DNA of 64,000 bases from Candidatus Micrarchaeota archaeon (GCA_021848125.1 JAJZMY010000019.1:13054-77053), one strand, 5' to 3'; shown: positions 46,979 through 56,335, numbered from the stretch's first letter. Translations and numbers: made by a program. Notes: generated by a model from the sequence alone, not told the origin.

Positions 46979-47293
46979 TTATTTTTTGTATTTTCTTATC
47001 AGCTCAACAACACGATACACTGATTTTCTAACATCTGCTGTTGTTGATGCGCCAGTACAAATGATTTTTCCATTTTTGAACAATAAAATAGCAGACTTAG
47101 GATTATAAAGTTTTAATATTGCCCCTGGAAACTGCTCGGGTTCATAATCAATATCATGGGAAACTGATGCCAAGCCATAAAGGTCCAATTCCTTTTCCAA
47201 ATTGGCACTTGCAACTATATTTACAATTTTATAAGTTGGTTTTAATATTTTTGTATTTTTCTTTATTTCTTTTTTTACCATTTTATCAGCCAA
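46979..47293 (-). CDS. tbp: TATA-box binding protein homolog with a single TBP repeat (104 aa)
   Basis: IVNIVASANLEKELDLYGLA....DYEPEQFPGAILKLYNPKSAILLFKNGKIICTGASTTADV matches one TBP repeat almost motif for motif. Canonical TBP has two such repeats in about 180 aa. Confidence 0.7.
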   Translation of the reverse strand: MADKMVKKEIKKNTKILKPTYKIVNIVASANLEKELDLYGLASVSHDIDYEPEQFPGAILKLYNPKSAILLFKNGKIICTGASTTADVRKSVYRVVELIRKYKK

Positions 47294-47403
47294 ATAATTA
47301 TTATTTTTAATTTATTTTATTCTTATTTTATCTATTTATTAGTTTATATTAATGAATAATTAAATTCAAGTATTTAAATCTTTATTTTAATCCTTTATTT
47401 TTA

Positions 47404-48981
47404 TTAAGATTCATTTTTGTCTTCTTCTTTTTCTTCATTTTTGGTGTTTAAGATTTTTTTATAGTGTTTTTCAACAAGTTTATTGATTTTTAATGTTATA
47501 TCTGATAAATCTTTTCCAGTAATTGAACTTAGATCCTGTGCTAATTGTTTTGAATACCTCATTATTGTTTTGTATTTATTAACTTCATAATTAATTTGCT
47601 GTTTTCCTTTTATATACTTCTGAATTCCACGGGCGCTTTCCATTAATGCAAATCGAATTTCATTTATTATTTCTTCCTCTTTTGATATTGCTTCTTTTCC
47701 AACGCCTTCATAAGGAATATAAACAGATGAAACATTGACAAAAATGCTGATCGGCTGGGTTTCCAAGTCAAGTCCATATCTTTTCCATTCAATTGTTTTA
47801 ACAGCACTTGTTATTGCGCAGTTTCCTGCATCAAATAATAATGGCACGCGGTTTGCAAACCTCAAAATATTTGCAAATGACTCATTTTCTTGCTTATTTC
47901 CGGAATTGCCTCCAAAAGCAATTGCCGATTCAACAACAAACGGTATTCCGCCTCTGAAAACAAGAGGCTTTCTTTCTGTTACAAACATATATTCTGGGTT
48001 TAAAATATTTTCCAATGCAATCTTAATCTGCTTTTCACCAATTGGAATAACAGAATTTGTATCCGGAAGCATCCATTTAATTTTTTTAAAATGCTGAATT
48101 AATTTTTCTGCCTCTTCCCATGTTATTTTTTTTGGGTCTTTATTAAGATCAATATCTGTGATTTCTTTTAGTTTGTCTCTTGTTACACGTGAAAATGTTT
48201 CAAGCAAAAATAATGATAATTTATTTGATTTTGAATAAGATGCATATTCAAAAAGATCATTAACTGTTAGACCCAAGGGATGTGGTTTTATTGGCTTTGA
48301 TTTTCTAGGTATCTCTTCAACAGCCCTTAAAAAAATAAATTCTTCATTATCTGGGCTAATAAATTTTATTTCAATATGCGGATTTGATAAGGCAGTTCTT
48401 CTTAAATATTCATAAACACTGTGTTCTCCATTAATATATTTGACATCAGCAAGATTTATTTCTACATATAGCCCTTGTTCTGATTCATTTATTTCCGTTA
48501 GATTGCTAATTATTGGCTTGTTACTTTTAGTATCTATTGATACATTGCATGAATATGCATTTTTTCCAGTATTTGATTTTACAAATATTGGTTTTCCAGT
48601 TGTTATCTGTGAAAATAAAGTGCAACCGGCAGCGCCAATACCCTGCTGGCCTCTTTGCTGAATAAATCTATGGAATTTTGTCCCTGCTAGTATAACTGCC
48701 AATGCCTTTCCAATATAATTTTTAGGTATTCCTGGCCCATTGTCTCTGATAATAACTTTAAATTTGTTTTCTTCTTGTTTTTCAATTTTAACAAAAATGC
48801 TAGGCAAAATACCTGCTTCTTCGCAAGCATCCAATGAATTTGTTACATATTCATGCACAACAGTTACTATTGATCTTGAAATACTTGAATAGCCCAGCAT
48901 CTGCCTATTTTTTTTAAAAAATTCAGATACTGAATGCTCTTTAAATTCTTTAAAAATTTCATCTGCTTTGCTATTATCCAT
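47404..48981 (-). CDS. top6B: DNA topoisomerase VI subunit B
   Basis: The GHKL ATPase fold is indicated by VHEYVTNSLDA, IIRDNGPGIP and RGQQGIGAAG. A transducer domain follows. Length is 525 aa. Confidence 0.9.
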   Translation of the reverse strand: MDNSKADEIFKEFKEHSVSEFFKKNRQMLGYSSISRSIVTVVHEYVTNSLDACEEAGILPSIFVKIEKQEENKFKVIIRDNGPGIPKNYIGKALAVILAGTKFHRFIQQRGQQGIGAAGCTLFSQITTGKPIFVKSNTGKNAYSCNVSIDTKSNKPIISNLTEINESEQGLYVEINLADVKYINGEHSVYEYLRRTALSNPHIEIKFISPDNEEFIFLRAVEEIPRKSKPIKPHPLGLTVNDLFEYASYSKSNKLSLFLLETFSRVTRDKLKEITDIDLNKDPKKITWEEAEKLIQHFKKIKWMLPDTNSVIPIGEKQIKIALENILNPEYMFVTERKPLVFRGGIPFVVESAIAFGGNSGNKQENESFANILRFANRVPLLFDAGNCAITSAVKTIEWKRYGLDLETQPISIFVNVSSVYIPYEGVGKEAISKEEEIINEIRFALMESARGIQKYIKGKQQINYEVNKYKTIMRYSKQLAQDLSSITGKDLSDITLKINKLVEKHYKKILNTKNEEKEEDKNES

Positions 48982-49219
48982 TTAAATCCCCAAAAGAATT
49001 TATATTATTTAATTCAGTATTTTAACAGCTAATAATTTAATTAAAACAAATATTTAAAAGAATAAATTCATTAATAATCTTTAATATTTTTAAATATTGT
49101 TAAGTAAAATTAAGAATATTAAGTGTTAAAATAAATTATACCATTAATAATATTATTAAATTGTATAATTAATATAAATTTTTATTTAAATAGGTTAAAT
49201 TAATTATTAAGTCTTTATT

Positions 49220-50008
49220 ATGGCTCAAAATAATCCTAATCAAGGTATTATTATTCAAAATACTGCAAATAACCAGCAGCAGCAAGTTCAGCAAGAACAA
49301 ACTACTCCCTATGTTGAGTCAATAAAAATCAGTGCAAACTTAATCAAATCATTTGAAGATATTTCCAAAATAGTTTCGAATTTAGAAGTTTTTTCATATC
49401 AACTGAATCAGGATAATTTAATTTTATTTAAAGTAGAAAGCAGGGACTTGCAAAAAAAACCATTTCTTTTTTTTGTTTTTAGTTTTTATAAAGATTATAT
49501 TGAAATACAATATTCAATTGCAGTTGATGCAAGCAAAAAATTAAGAAGAATCACTATTATTAAGAATTTTTTGAGTGTTTTATCTTTAATAAGCAATTGC
49601 TATGAAATCAATTTAAAAGAATTATTCCAGCATTTGGATTCAATAATAGATGATCTTTTATCTTCCTTATCCCAAAGTTATAGCACATTGTTTAATAATT
49701 ATGATTCTATTTTTAATCAATATAAGGAATTGAAATTAATTAATAATGATCTTGCAATATCTAATAAAAATTTAGCTGCAACAACTGGACAGCTTACTCA
49801 AAAAAATAAAGAATTATCTGAAAAATTAAAGGACCTTGAGACATATTCAGATGAATCTTTAATGGTAATGATTGAAGAGTGGATTGAATCACATGATAAC
49901 ACAATTGATATTAATGAATTTGCAAAAAGTTATAAAATTATACCGCCAAGAGTAGAACAGATATTGAATAAGATGGTAAGTTTGGGTTATTTAGAATTAA
50001 AAGAATAA
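49220..50008 (+). CDS. hypothetical protein: Gln-rich N-terminus, coiled coil, C-terminal wHTH-like segment
   Basis: NNQQQQVQQEQ at the N-terminus, a heptad-like region (NNDLAISNKNLAATTGQLTQKNKELSEKLKDLE), and the C-terminal INEFAKSYKIIPPRVEQILNKMVSLGYLELKE. Confidence 0.4.
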   Translation: MAQNNPNQGIIIQNTANNQQQQVQQEQTTPYVESIKISANLIKSFEDISKIVSNLEVFSYQLNQDNLILFKVESRDLQKKPFLFFVFSFYKDYIEIQYSIAVDASKKLRRITIIKNFLSVLSLISNCYEINLKELFQHLDSIIDDLLSSLSQSYSTLFNNYDSIFNQYKELKLINNDLAISNKNLAATTGQLTQKNKELSEKLKDLETYSDESLMVMIEEWIESHDNTIDINEFAKSYKIIPPRVEQILNKMVSLGYLELKE

Positions 50009-50148
50009 TGATAAAAATGAAATATAATGTCAGGATTAATAAAAAAGTAAAATACATGAAGGTTTATACACTGCTTAAAAAAATAGGAAATAATGAAAAT
50101 TTTTTAACCAAACTTTTTATTAAAATATTTGCAAAAAATAAGCAATGA
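50008..50148 (+). CDS. possible small basic protein (46 aa)
   Basis: My own translation: MIKMKYNVRINKKVKYMKVYTLLKKIGNNENFLTKLFIKIFAKNKQ. Its ATG overlaps the previous stop (TAATG). Confidence 0.2.
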   Translation: MIKMKYNVRINKKVKYMKVYTLLKKIGNNENFLTKLFIKIFAKNKQ

Positions 50149-50203
50149 TTTTATCATTATTATTTTTAATTTTTATTATTATATAAAATATATTTTGATA
50201 TAA

Positions 50204-52726
50204 ATGCCAAAATCCAATAATCTAATTAATCTATTAAAATTACATAAACGATTAGTTATAATTGCAGTAATTGTTGCTGTCTTGTTTTTTGCGCTTATTT
50301 TTTTTATTCAATTCCAATTGCATTCAATAACATCGCATTATATAACAAAAAAAATAATAATTAATTCACAGCTTTCTGCTAGATTTATTTCATCTGGAAT
50401 AACATTTGATAATAATACAAATTTACAGAATATAAAATCTAAAAGAAACTATACAATAGAATCTTATCCTTATTCAATAATTAGTTATAAATCATATAAT
50501 CTTTCTAATTTAACAATAAATGAATCAATTTTCAAAAATGCAATACCTTCAAAGATTTATATATGGAATACAAGCGGTGAAAATTTTCAAGGCCTAAATA
50601 CTAATCAGGTTCTTGTTTTACTTAAAAAATATCTAAAAATTTACAATATAACTGATAATATTTCAATAATTTCCTATGCTAATATTTCGCAAATTCAGAA
50701 TAATTCAATATTGCTTGTACTAACAGGATTAATGCCAATCCAGATGTTTCAGCAAGTAAACAATTCAAATTTTACAACTATCTCATTCTTACTAAATAAA
50801 GGAACTAGCATAATTTATACGGGCGCAAATTTGTCAAGAGTTGTTCAGTCCCCATTTTCAACTCCACTTCCTTCCCAAAATATTCCAAGCTTTTTGGAAT
50901 GGATTCCGAATACAACAATTTATAATTCAAGTTTTTACTTTTCAAAAAAAACATTTAAATTTTTTAACGGCACTGATTATGGCCCAATAACGTATATTAA
51001 TTATCTGAATGGATCTGTTGTTGCTTTTTCAAACTACCCTGATTCTTGGAATTCAGTAAATCAGTTTTCATATGACTTGGCTAAATCAATTGCAGAATTG
51101 TTTTGGATGCCCAAATATGCAACAGGCTACAGATCTGTAAATTTATCTAATTTCAGTTATTCATCAGGAACATTGGGGCTTGTATTAAACAGTTCAAATG
51201 TTAATTATACTTATGAAAATCATAGTTTGATTGTAAATAACTTCAATTCTGGATTTCCCAGAATAACAATTTCAAATTCAAATAATTTTTCATTTAATAT
51301 AAATTTTCTAAATTCAACTAAATATTATTATTTTTATAAAAATAATATTAGTTATAATGCTACAATTAATTTATCAAATTATTCAAAATTTTTCTATATC
51401 CAAAATAAACCAAATTTTTCATTGAATGGCAGTGTGATTGTTCCAAACCTTGCAATTCCAAGCATACCAATTCTAGCAAATATTTCAGAGTTTGTAACAT
51501 GCCAAAATCTTAATTTGACAATAGAGCCATCAATTTATTTTTATACAATAAATTTCACTCAGATTGGCTCCCCAATATTTTTAGGATTTCATTATCCCTG
51601 CAAAAAATCATTCAATAATAAATTTACATTCTATTATTATCCAACTTTTAATCTCCCATCAGGAACTTATTTTGCAGTTGTTAGAAACTCTAACTTTTCA
51701 GTAGTTGGCTCAGGTATGTTTAATATTCCTAAAATAAATATTAATTTAAGCAGTGAAAATTTTAAAACAAATCAATTTATTTTGACAATAACTGCAAATA
51801 ATAAAATTTTATCTGGCATTCCATTCAAGTTAAATTTAAATAATTTCGGAAATGAGTCAGGAACAATTGTTAATGGCTCTATTATTTATCAATTGCCACA
51901 AGGAATAGTATTAACCTACAGCCAAAATCTTAATTTTACTTTATACATGCTTAACCATAAATATATTAAGTTTGTTCCCGGACAAGTAACCCCCTTTGTT
52001 GTTAATCAAAAAATCATAATATTAGGCATTGCAGGAATATTTTCTATTTTAATGATGGTTTTAGTAAAAGCGCCAAATAAAGATGAATTTTATATTGATG
52101 TGCCTTCAATTCCAATTCAAAAAAAGATTCCAGTTGAATTAGATACAAATGAATTTATAAGTATATTCAATAAATTAAATTTATATTATCACTGGAGATT
52201 CATGCCTTTGTCAAAAGATGAAATAAAAACAGGTGTATTTAATAATATAAGATTCAATGGAATGCCAGTGACTATTACTTATGACAATTTAGAAAAATTG
52301 CTTATAATGTTATCGCATAATAATATTTTAACAGATATTGATAATTTATATTTGCCTAATTCCTGGATTGATCAAGTTCAGCATGATGCGGAATATTTGG
52401 CTACTTTTAAAAAATTAAGGCTTTATTTTGTTTCGCATACATTCATGTTTACTGATCTAGATCTTAGTAATAGTGGCGATATTACTGCAACATTCCATGA
52501 TCAAAAAATAAATATAATTATTTATTCAAAATCAACAAAGTTTAAGAATATTCCAATATATGAAAACTCAAAAACCTACTTAGCCTTTTTAAATAATGAT
52601 AAATTAGAAGAATTTAAATTAAAATTATATAATTCTAATTTAGATGAAGCAAGGGAATTGGAGTTGTATATTTCATTAAATAAAATATTATTAATAAATG
52701 CGGATTCTCCAGAAATAATTATATAA
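50204..52726 (+). CDS. large bitopic surface protein: N-terminal TM, about 570-aa sequon-rich ectodomain, second TM, about 230-aa cytoplasmic domain
   Basis: TM1 is LVIIAVIVAVLFFALIFFI and TM2 is IIILGIAGIFSILMMVLV. I counted about three dozen N-x-S/T sequons by hand between the two TM segments. No domain recognised. Confidence 0.5.
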   Translation: MPKSNNLINLLKLHKRLVIIAVIVAVLFFALIFFIQFQLHSITSHYITKKIIINSQLSARFISSGITFDNNTNLQNIKSKRNYTIESYPYSIISYKSYNLSNLTINESIFKNAIPSKIYIWNTSGENFQGLNTNQVLVLLKKYLKIYNITDNISIISYANISQIQNNSILLVLTGLMPIQMFQQVNNSNFTTISFLLNKGTSIIYTGANLSRVVQSPFSTPLPSQNIPSFLEWIPNTTIYNSSFYFSKKTFKFFNGTDYGPITYINYLNGSVVAFSNYPDSWNSVNQFSYDLAKSIAELFWMPKYATGYRSVNLSNFSYSSGTLGLVLNSSNVNYTYENHSLIVNNFNSGFPRITISNSNNFSFNINFLNSTKYYYFYKNNISYNATINLSNYSKFFYIQNKPNFSLNGSVIVPNLAIPSIPILANISEFVTCQNLNLTIEPSIYFYTINFTQIGSPIFLGFHYPCKKSFNNKFTFYYYPTFNLPSGTYFAVVRNSNFSVVGSGMFNIPKININLSSENFKTNQFILTITANNKILSGIPFKLNLNNFGNESGTIVNGSIIYQLPQGIVLTYSQNLNFTLYMLNHKYIKFVPGQVTPFVVNQKIIILGIAGIFSILMMVLVKAPNKDEFYIDVPSIPIQKKIPVELDTNEFISIFNKLNLYYHWRFMPLSKDEIKTGVFNNIRFNGMPVTITYDNLEKLLIMLSHNNILTDIDNLYLPNSWIDQVQHDAEYLATFKKLRLYFVSHTFMFTDLDLSNSGDITATFHDQKINIIIYSKSTKFKNIPIYENSKTYLAFLNNDKLEEFKLKLYNSNLDEARELELYISLNKILLINADSPEIII

Positions 52727-52856
52727 TACTTTGATTGCTATTCTCTAAATTATTTTATATATTGTCTTAATTTTTACTATGCTTCCTATTTTTTAAATAG
52801 AAACCTATATATATCTAAATAATTAATTAATAGTATTATTGAATTATATAAAATAG

Positions 52857-53330
52857 GTGATAAGGATGGAAACATATAATATTGATAAAAAAAATAAAAA
52901 TAATAAGAGAAATAGAATTATTCGTGGAGCAGCAGGTATAGCGATTATAGGTTCATTGTCTTTTTCATTATATGGTTGCGCAGCATATATTCCATTTCAA
53001 AATGGCAGTTATATTAATATAAATCCAAATCAATTAACAATAGGAAATTTTGAGACTGGAGCTAATTTTTCAGTTCTTTTAAATGATTTAAACCAAATGA
53101 AATACAACCAAAAAATCAATGTTAACTTAAAAGATAAGACACAAATAATTCCAATATCAATTCTAAAATTAAAAAATAATTACATGGTTACAAATAAAAT
53201 TAGTAATGAAAAATATTATATTACTCCATCGCAGCTTGGAAATTTAGTTTATTATAAATTTCTTAGGCAAGATCCCAGAACAAAAGTAGAAGTTGCAATG
53301 CTGAGAAATAATACCTCATCAATTAATTAA
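52857..53330 (+). CDS. small secreted or lipoprotein-like protein
   Basis: A basic N-terminus, a hydrophobic stretch, then a lipobox-like LYGCAAY. The track start GTG 52857 lies inside GGTGAT, so the likely start is ATG 52866. Confidence 0.4.
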   Translation: MIRMETYNIDKKNKNNKRNRIIRGAAGIAIIGSLSFSLYGCAAYIPFQNGSYININPNQLTIGNFETGANFSVLLNDLNQMKYNQKINVNLKDKTQIIPISILKLKNNYMVTNKISNEKYYITPSQLGNLVYYKFLRQDPRTKVEVAMLRNNTSSIN

Positions 53331-53368
53331 TTGTCTTTATTCAAAAATATAATTATAGGTGAAATGAA

Positions 53369-53974
53369 ATGGCTATTAATAAATTAAAAAAATTAGGATT
53401 TGATTTAGATAACACAATTGCTGATTCTCTTCCAATAAAATTAATAAATAATGAATTAATCAAAAATAAAGAATGCAAGACTAAAATATGCAAAAAGCAT
53501 TTCACATCCTATTATTTTGATAATATTAAGGGCCTTGATCATGATCTTTTTATTAAATTATATAAAGCATACTGGAATGAACAAAAAAATAACATGGATA
53601 AAAATATAATAAAATTAATTGATAGCAAAATTCCAAAAATCATAAATAATCTGAGCAACCATTATGAAATTTACATTGTTACTGCCTCGTCACTTGATGC
53701 AGAAACAATTTTTAAATGGCTGTTTAAAAATCAGATATTTATTCCTAAAGAAAATTTAATATTATGCAAACCAGAAGAAAAAGTAAATTTTGGGATTGAT
53801 GTTTATATTGATGATAATTATGAGGAAGTTGCTTTAAAAGTTGCAGCAAATAATAAAATATCAATTGTATTGGAACAGCCATGGAATAAAAAATTATTAA
53901 ATGAAAATACTAATAAGAATATTATTCCTGCAAAGAACTGGTCAAAAATTGAATCAATATTATTAAGAAAATAA
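53369..53974 (+). CDS. HAD-superfamily 5'(3')-deoxyribonucleotidase-like phosphatase
   Basis: HAD motif I is GFDLDNTIADS, motif II YIVTASS, and motif IV YIDDN. The size of about 200 aa fits the NT5C-like family. Confidence 0.6.
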   Translation: MAINKLKKLGFDLDNTIADSLPIKLINNELIKNKECKTKICKKHFTSYYFDNIKGLDHDLFIKLYKAYWNEQKNNMDKNIIKLIDSKIPKIINNLSNHYEIYIVTASSLDAETIFKWLFKNQIFIPKENLILCKPEEKVNFGIDVYIDDNYEEVALKVAANNKISIVLEQPWNKKLLNENTNKNIIPAKNWSKIESILLRK

Positions 53975-53976
53975 AT

Positions 53977-54023
53977 ATGAATAATAAAGCTTTTAAAAAA
54001 AGCTTTGGCAAAAATCAAAAAAT
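53977..54023 (+). repeat. palindromic intergenic repeat, short form
   Basis: Sequence: atgaataataaagcttttaaaaaaagctttggcaaaaatcaaaaaat. It lies between the convergent 3' ends of 53369..53974 and 54031..55194. It is near-identical to the copies at 59.2 kb and 60.65 kb. Confidence 0.8.
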
Positions 54024-54030
54024 AAAAAAA

Positions 54031-55194
54031 TTAAATAAAACCCCTCATTTTTCCTCCGAGTCTTGCCGCGCCCCCTAAAAAGCTTGCTAATTGATTAATA
54101 GCAGCATATGCAATTACTATTATTAAAACAGGGTAAAATAATAACAATAGCCAGTAGCTTGCCATTGCATTTTTTATTTGCTGTACTTGAAGTATAAGAG
54201 GACTTGCAGGAGTCAAGGCATTTGTGATTGATCCTTGATTTGCGCCGAATTTATTTAGCAAAACAGATGCAGTAGTCAGGTTTTGCAAAACACTTGGAGC
54301 AGTGAAATAAAATGCAATTGCAAATAATATTGGCACAATCAAATAAAACGTTATTGCAATAGCCATCAACATTCCTCCCAATGCCCTTGTCGGGAATATT
54401 GATCTGAAAATAATTCCAGGAACTAGAAATACTGGTATTGATGCAATTGAAAAAAATACTAATAAAAAGTATTCAGCCCACAAAATAAATATTCCGTCAG
54501 AAATAATATTCATCAGTGCCATAGCAGGATCTAAAAAAAAGAAAGTCACAACAAACTGGCCGATTTCAAGCGCAATATTAACTACATTTGTTGCTTTTAG
54601 TATCAATTTAAAAATAGTTGTTGACGATCCACCAACAATCAATGACATTGAATAATAATATTTATCTTTAATGTATTGCGTAAATAAACTAGAATACAGA
54701 GTTTGTGATTCACTGACTGTTGCAGTGATTAAATTAAGTGCAGTTGGATATGGGTTAATAGGGCCAACAGTTAATCCTGGCAAAATACCAAATATAACAG
54801 CGCATACATATAAAAATAAAAGAACAATTATTCCACTTGCAGCTGCTTCGAATATTTCTCCAATTCCAAAATTCTTGATCCTGCTGTTTCCTGTCAATGC
54901 GCCAGCCATGTAAATTATAGATGCTATTGCAAATGAAATTAAAACAGCAATCCACATAAGCGGCGCTTCTTTTGTAAATGTATTGCCTATCTGGCTGTTT
55001 ATCTGGCAGTACCATGGTTCTGTTCCTTCAATTGTTGTCCTGATTGATGAAGGAAGCGTGGAGCAGCCAGCTGCGCTTGTTGATGGAGAAGGTATAATGC
55101 TGCCTGCCATGCTTACTGAGCTTATTAAACTTATAAAAACTAACAATAATGAAATTATTGAGCATAATTTTAATATTTTTTTCATATTTTCCAC
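54031..55194 (-). CDS. polytopic membrane protein, member 1 of a six-gene paralogous family (uncharacterised)
   Basis: Signal-like N-terminus, then S/T/P-rich SPSTSAAGCS..WYC. TM segment ending IIYMAG, linker GIGEIFEAAASG, loop motif FRSIFPTRALGGMLMAIAI..VP, and tail FLGGAARLGGKMRGFI. Confidence 0.7.
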   Translation of the reverse strand: MENMKKILKLCSIISLLLVFISLISSVSMAGSIIPSPSTSAAGCSTLPSSIRTTIEGTEPWYCQINSQIGNTFTKEAPLMWIAVLISFAIASIIYMAGALTGNSRIKNFGIGEIFEAAASGIIVLLFLYVCAVIFGILPGLTVGPINPYPTALNLITATVSESQTLYSSLFTQYIKDKYYYSMSLIVGGSSTTIFKLILKATNVVNIALEIGQFVVTFFFLDPAMALMNIISDGIFILWAEYFLLVFFSIASIPVFLVPGIIFRSIFPTRALGGMLMAIAITFYLIVPILFAIAFYFTAPSVLQNLTTASVLLNKFGANQGSITNALTPASPLILQVQQIKNAMASYWLLLLFYPVLIIVIAYAAINQLASFLGGAARLGGKMRGFI

Positions 55195-55249
55195 ATTTGT
55201 TATTTGTTTAATTATTAATTTAAATTTAATTATTGTTTAATATTATTTG

Positions 55250-56323
55250 CTAAATCATTGTTCCCATTAAACTCATAAATGACATTCTTTCTCCGATTGC
55301 AGTTGAAAAATCAATTATAAAAGCATCAAGAATCAGGAAATTCAAAAATGGTATAAATGTCAGTCCCCCAATTATATATCCCAGATTCAATGCAAAAGCT
55401 CCGGATATAAATACATTCTGGAATCCGAATAAATTAGAAATTGCTGTTGTCATAATGCCAGAATAAGCCTGTATAAACTGCCAAATGACTGTAGTTGCAC
55501 TAATAGTTCCGATTTGTGTTGAAATGAATCCATAGGTAATTGCAGTCAATAATGGAAAAACAAATCCAAGCCCGATCCCAAGTGCAATCATTGCCCCTCC
55601 AAAAGTTCTTGTTACTCCGAATATTCTTGCAACAAGCCCGATTACTAAAAACAAGGACAGGAACAGCAGTGATGAAGAGATAAGCATTAGCTGGATCTGG
55701 TTTAAAATCAGCATGACAAGTATTGCGCTGAAAAATACTGATAAAAATTCTGCTTGGGATTTTGGAAAAATACTATTTATATCAGAGCCAATTGAGACAG
55801 AACCCAGCTTTGTTGCACTTATTGAACTTGCCCCAATGCTTACATTTACTCCAGGGCTGAAATCAAGAATTGTCTGGCCCCAGTAAAAAACCTGGAAATA
55901 TGTTTCAACATCAGAATTGAAGGCACTTAAATCACATGCAGATAATTGAAATAATGTATCAGTGCTTGTGCACTGCGTTGGAACTAGATGTGCAGAGCTA
56001 AATGACGGCACTGGATTTGAAAAAAACAATGCGCTTATCCATACAAAAATCAATAAAATAACAAAAGACAAAAATGCTTCATATATCTGCATTTTTGTCC
56101 ATGCCTCTATTCTGGTATTAAACATGAATCTGGACAGCATATAAATAAATGCTGCAATTGCAATTACAACCAGAACAGCAATAAATGCAATTGGCTCCCA
56201 GTTGCTGACGCTGATTGGAAATGCAGGGCTGGAAGCAGCATATGAATTATTAATCAAGAAAATGCTTGCAAATAAAACAATAATAGAACTTACTGCATAT
56301 TTGCTGGTATTTTGCTTTTCCAT
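55250..56323 (-). CDS. polytopic membrane protein, member 2 of the paralogous family
   Basis: Signal-like N-terminus (..INNSYAASSP). FIYMLS, linker MQIYEAFLSF, a paired-Cys loop (QCTSTDTLFQLSAC), and loop motif ARIFGVTRTFGGAMIALGI..FP. Confidence 0.7.
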   Translation of the reverse strand: MEKQNTSKYAVSSIIVLFASIFLINNSYAASSPAFPISVSNWEPIAFIAVLVVIAIAAFIYMLSRFMFNTRIEAWTKMQIYEAFLSFVILLIFVWISALFFSNPVPSFSSAHLVPTQCTSTDTLFQLSACDLSAFNSDVETYFQVFYWGQTILDFSPGVNVSIGASSISATKLGSVSIGSDINSIFPKSQAEFLSVFFSAILVMLILNQIQLMLISSSLLFLSLFLVIGLVARIFGVTRTFGGAMIALGIGLGFVFPLLTAITYGFISTQIGTISATTVIWQFIQAYSGIMTTAISNLFGFQNVFISGAFALNLGYIIGGLTFIPFLNFLILDAFIIDFSTAIGERMSFMSLMGTMI

Positions 56324-56335
56324 TTTATCAAATAA

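Noticed and set aside
46741-47403. A second TBP repeat hidden in an adjacent frame, which would indicate a frameshifted full-length tbp.
   Set aside because: I translated the flanks by eye and found only AT-rich spacer upstream and a small hydrophobic + strand ORF downstream. No second IVNIVAS / EPEQFPG-type block is present.
53818-54018. ORFs 53818..54018 (-) and 59176..59358 (+), which share the peptide FAKAFFKSFIIHI.
   Set aside because: The shared peptide is simply the antisense reading of two copies of the palindromic repeat. Both ORFs otherwise overlap better-supported genes, so the similarity is a repeat artefact rather than a gene family.
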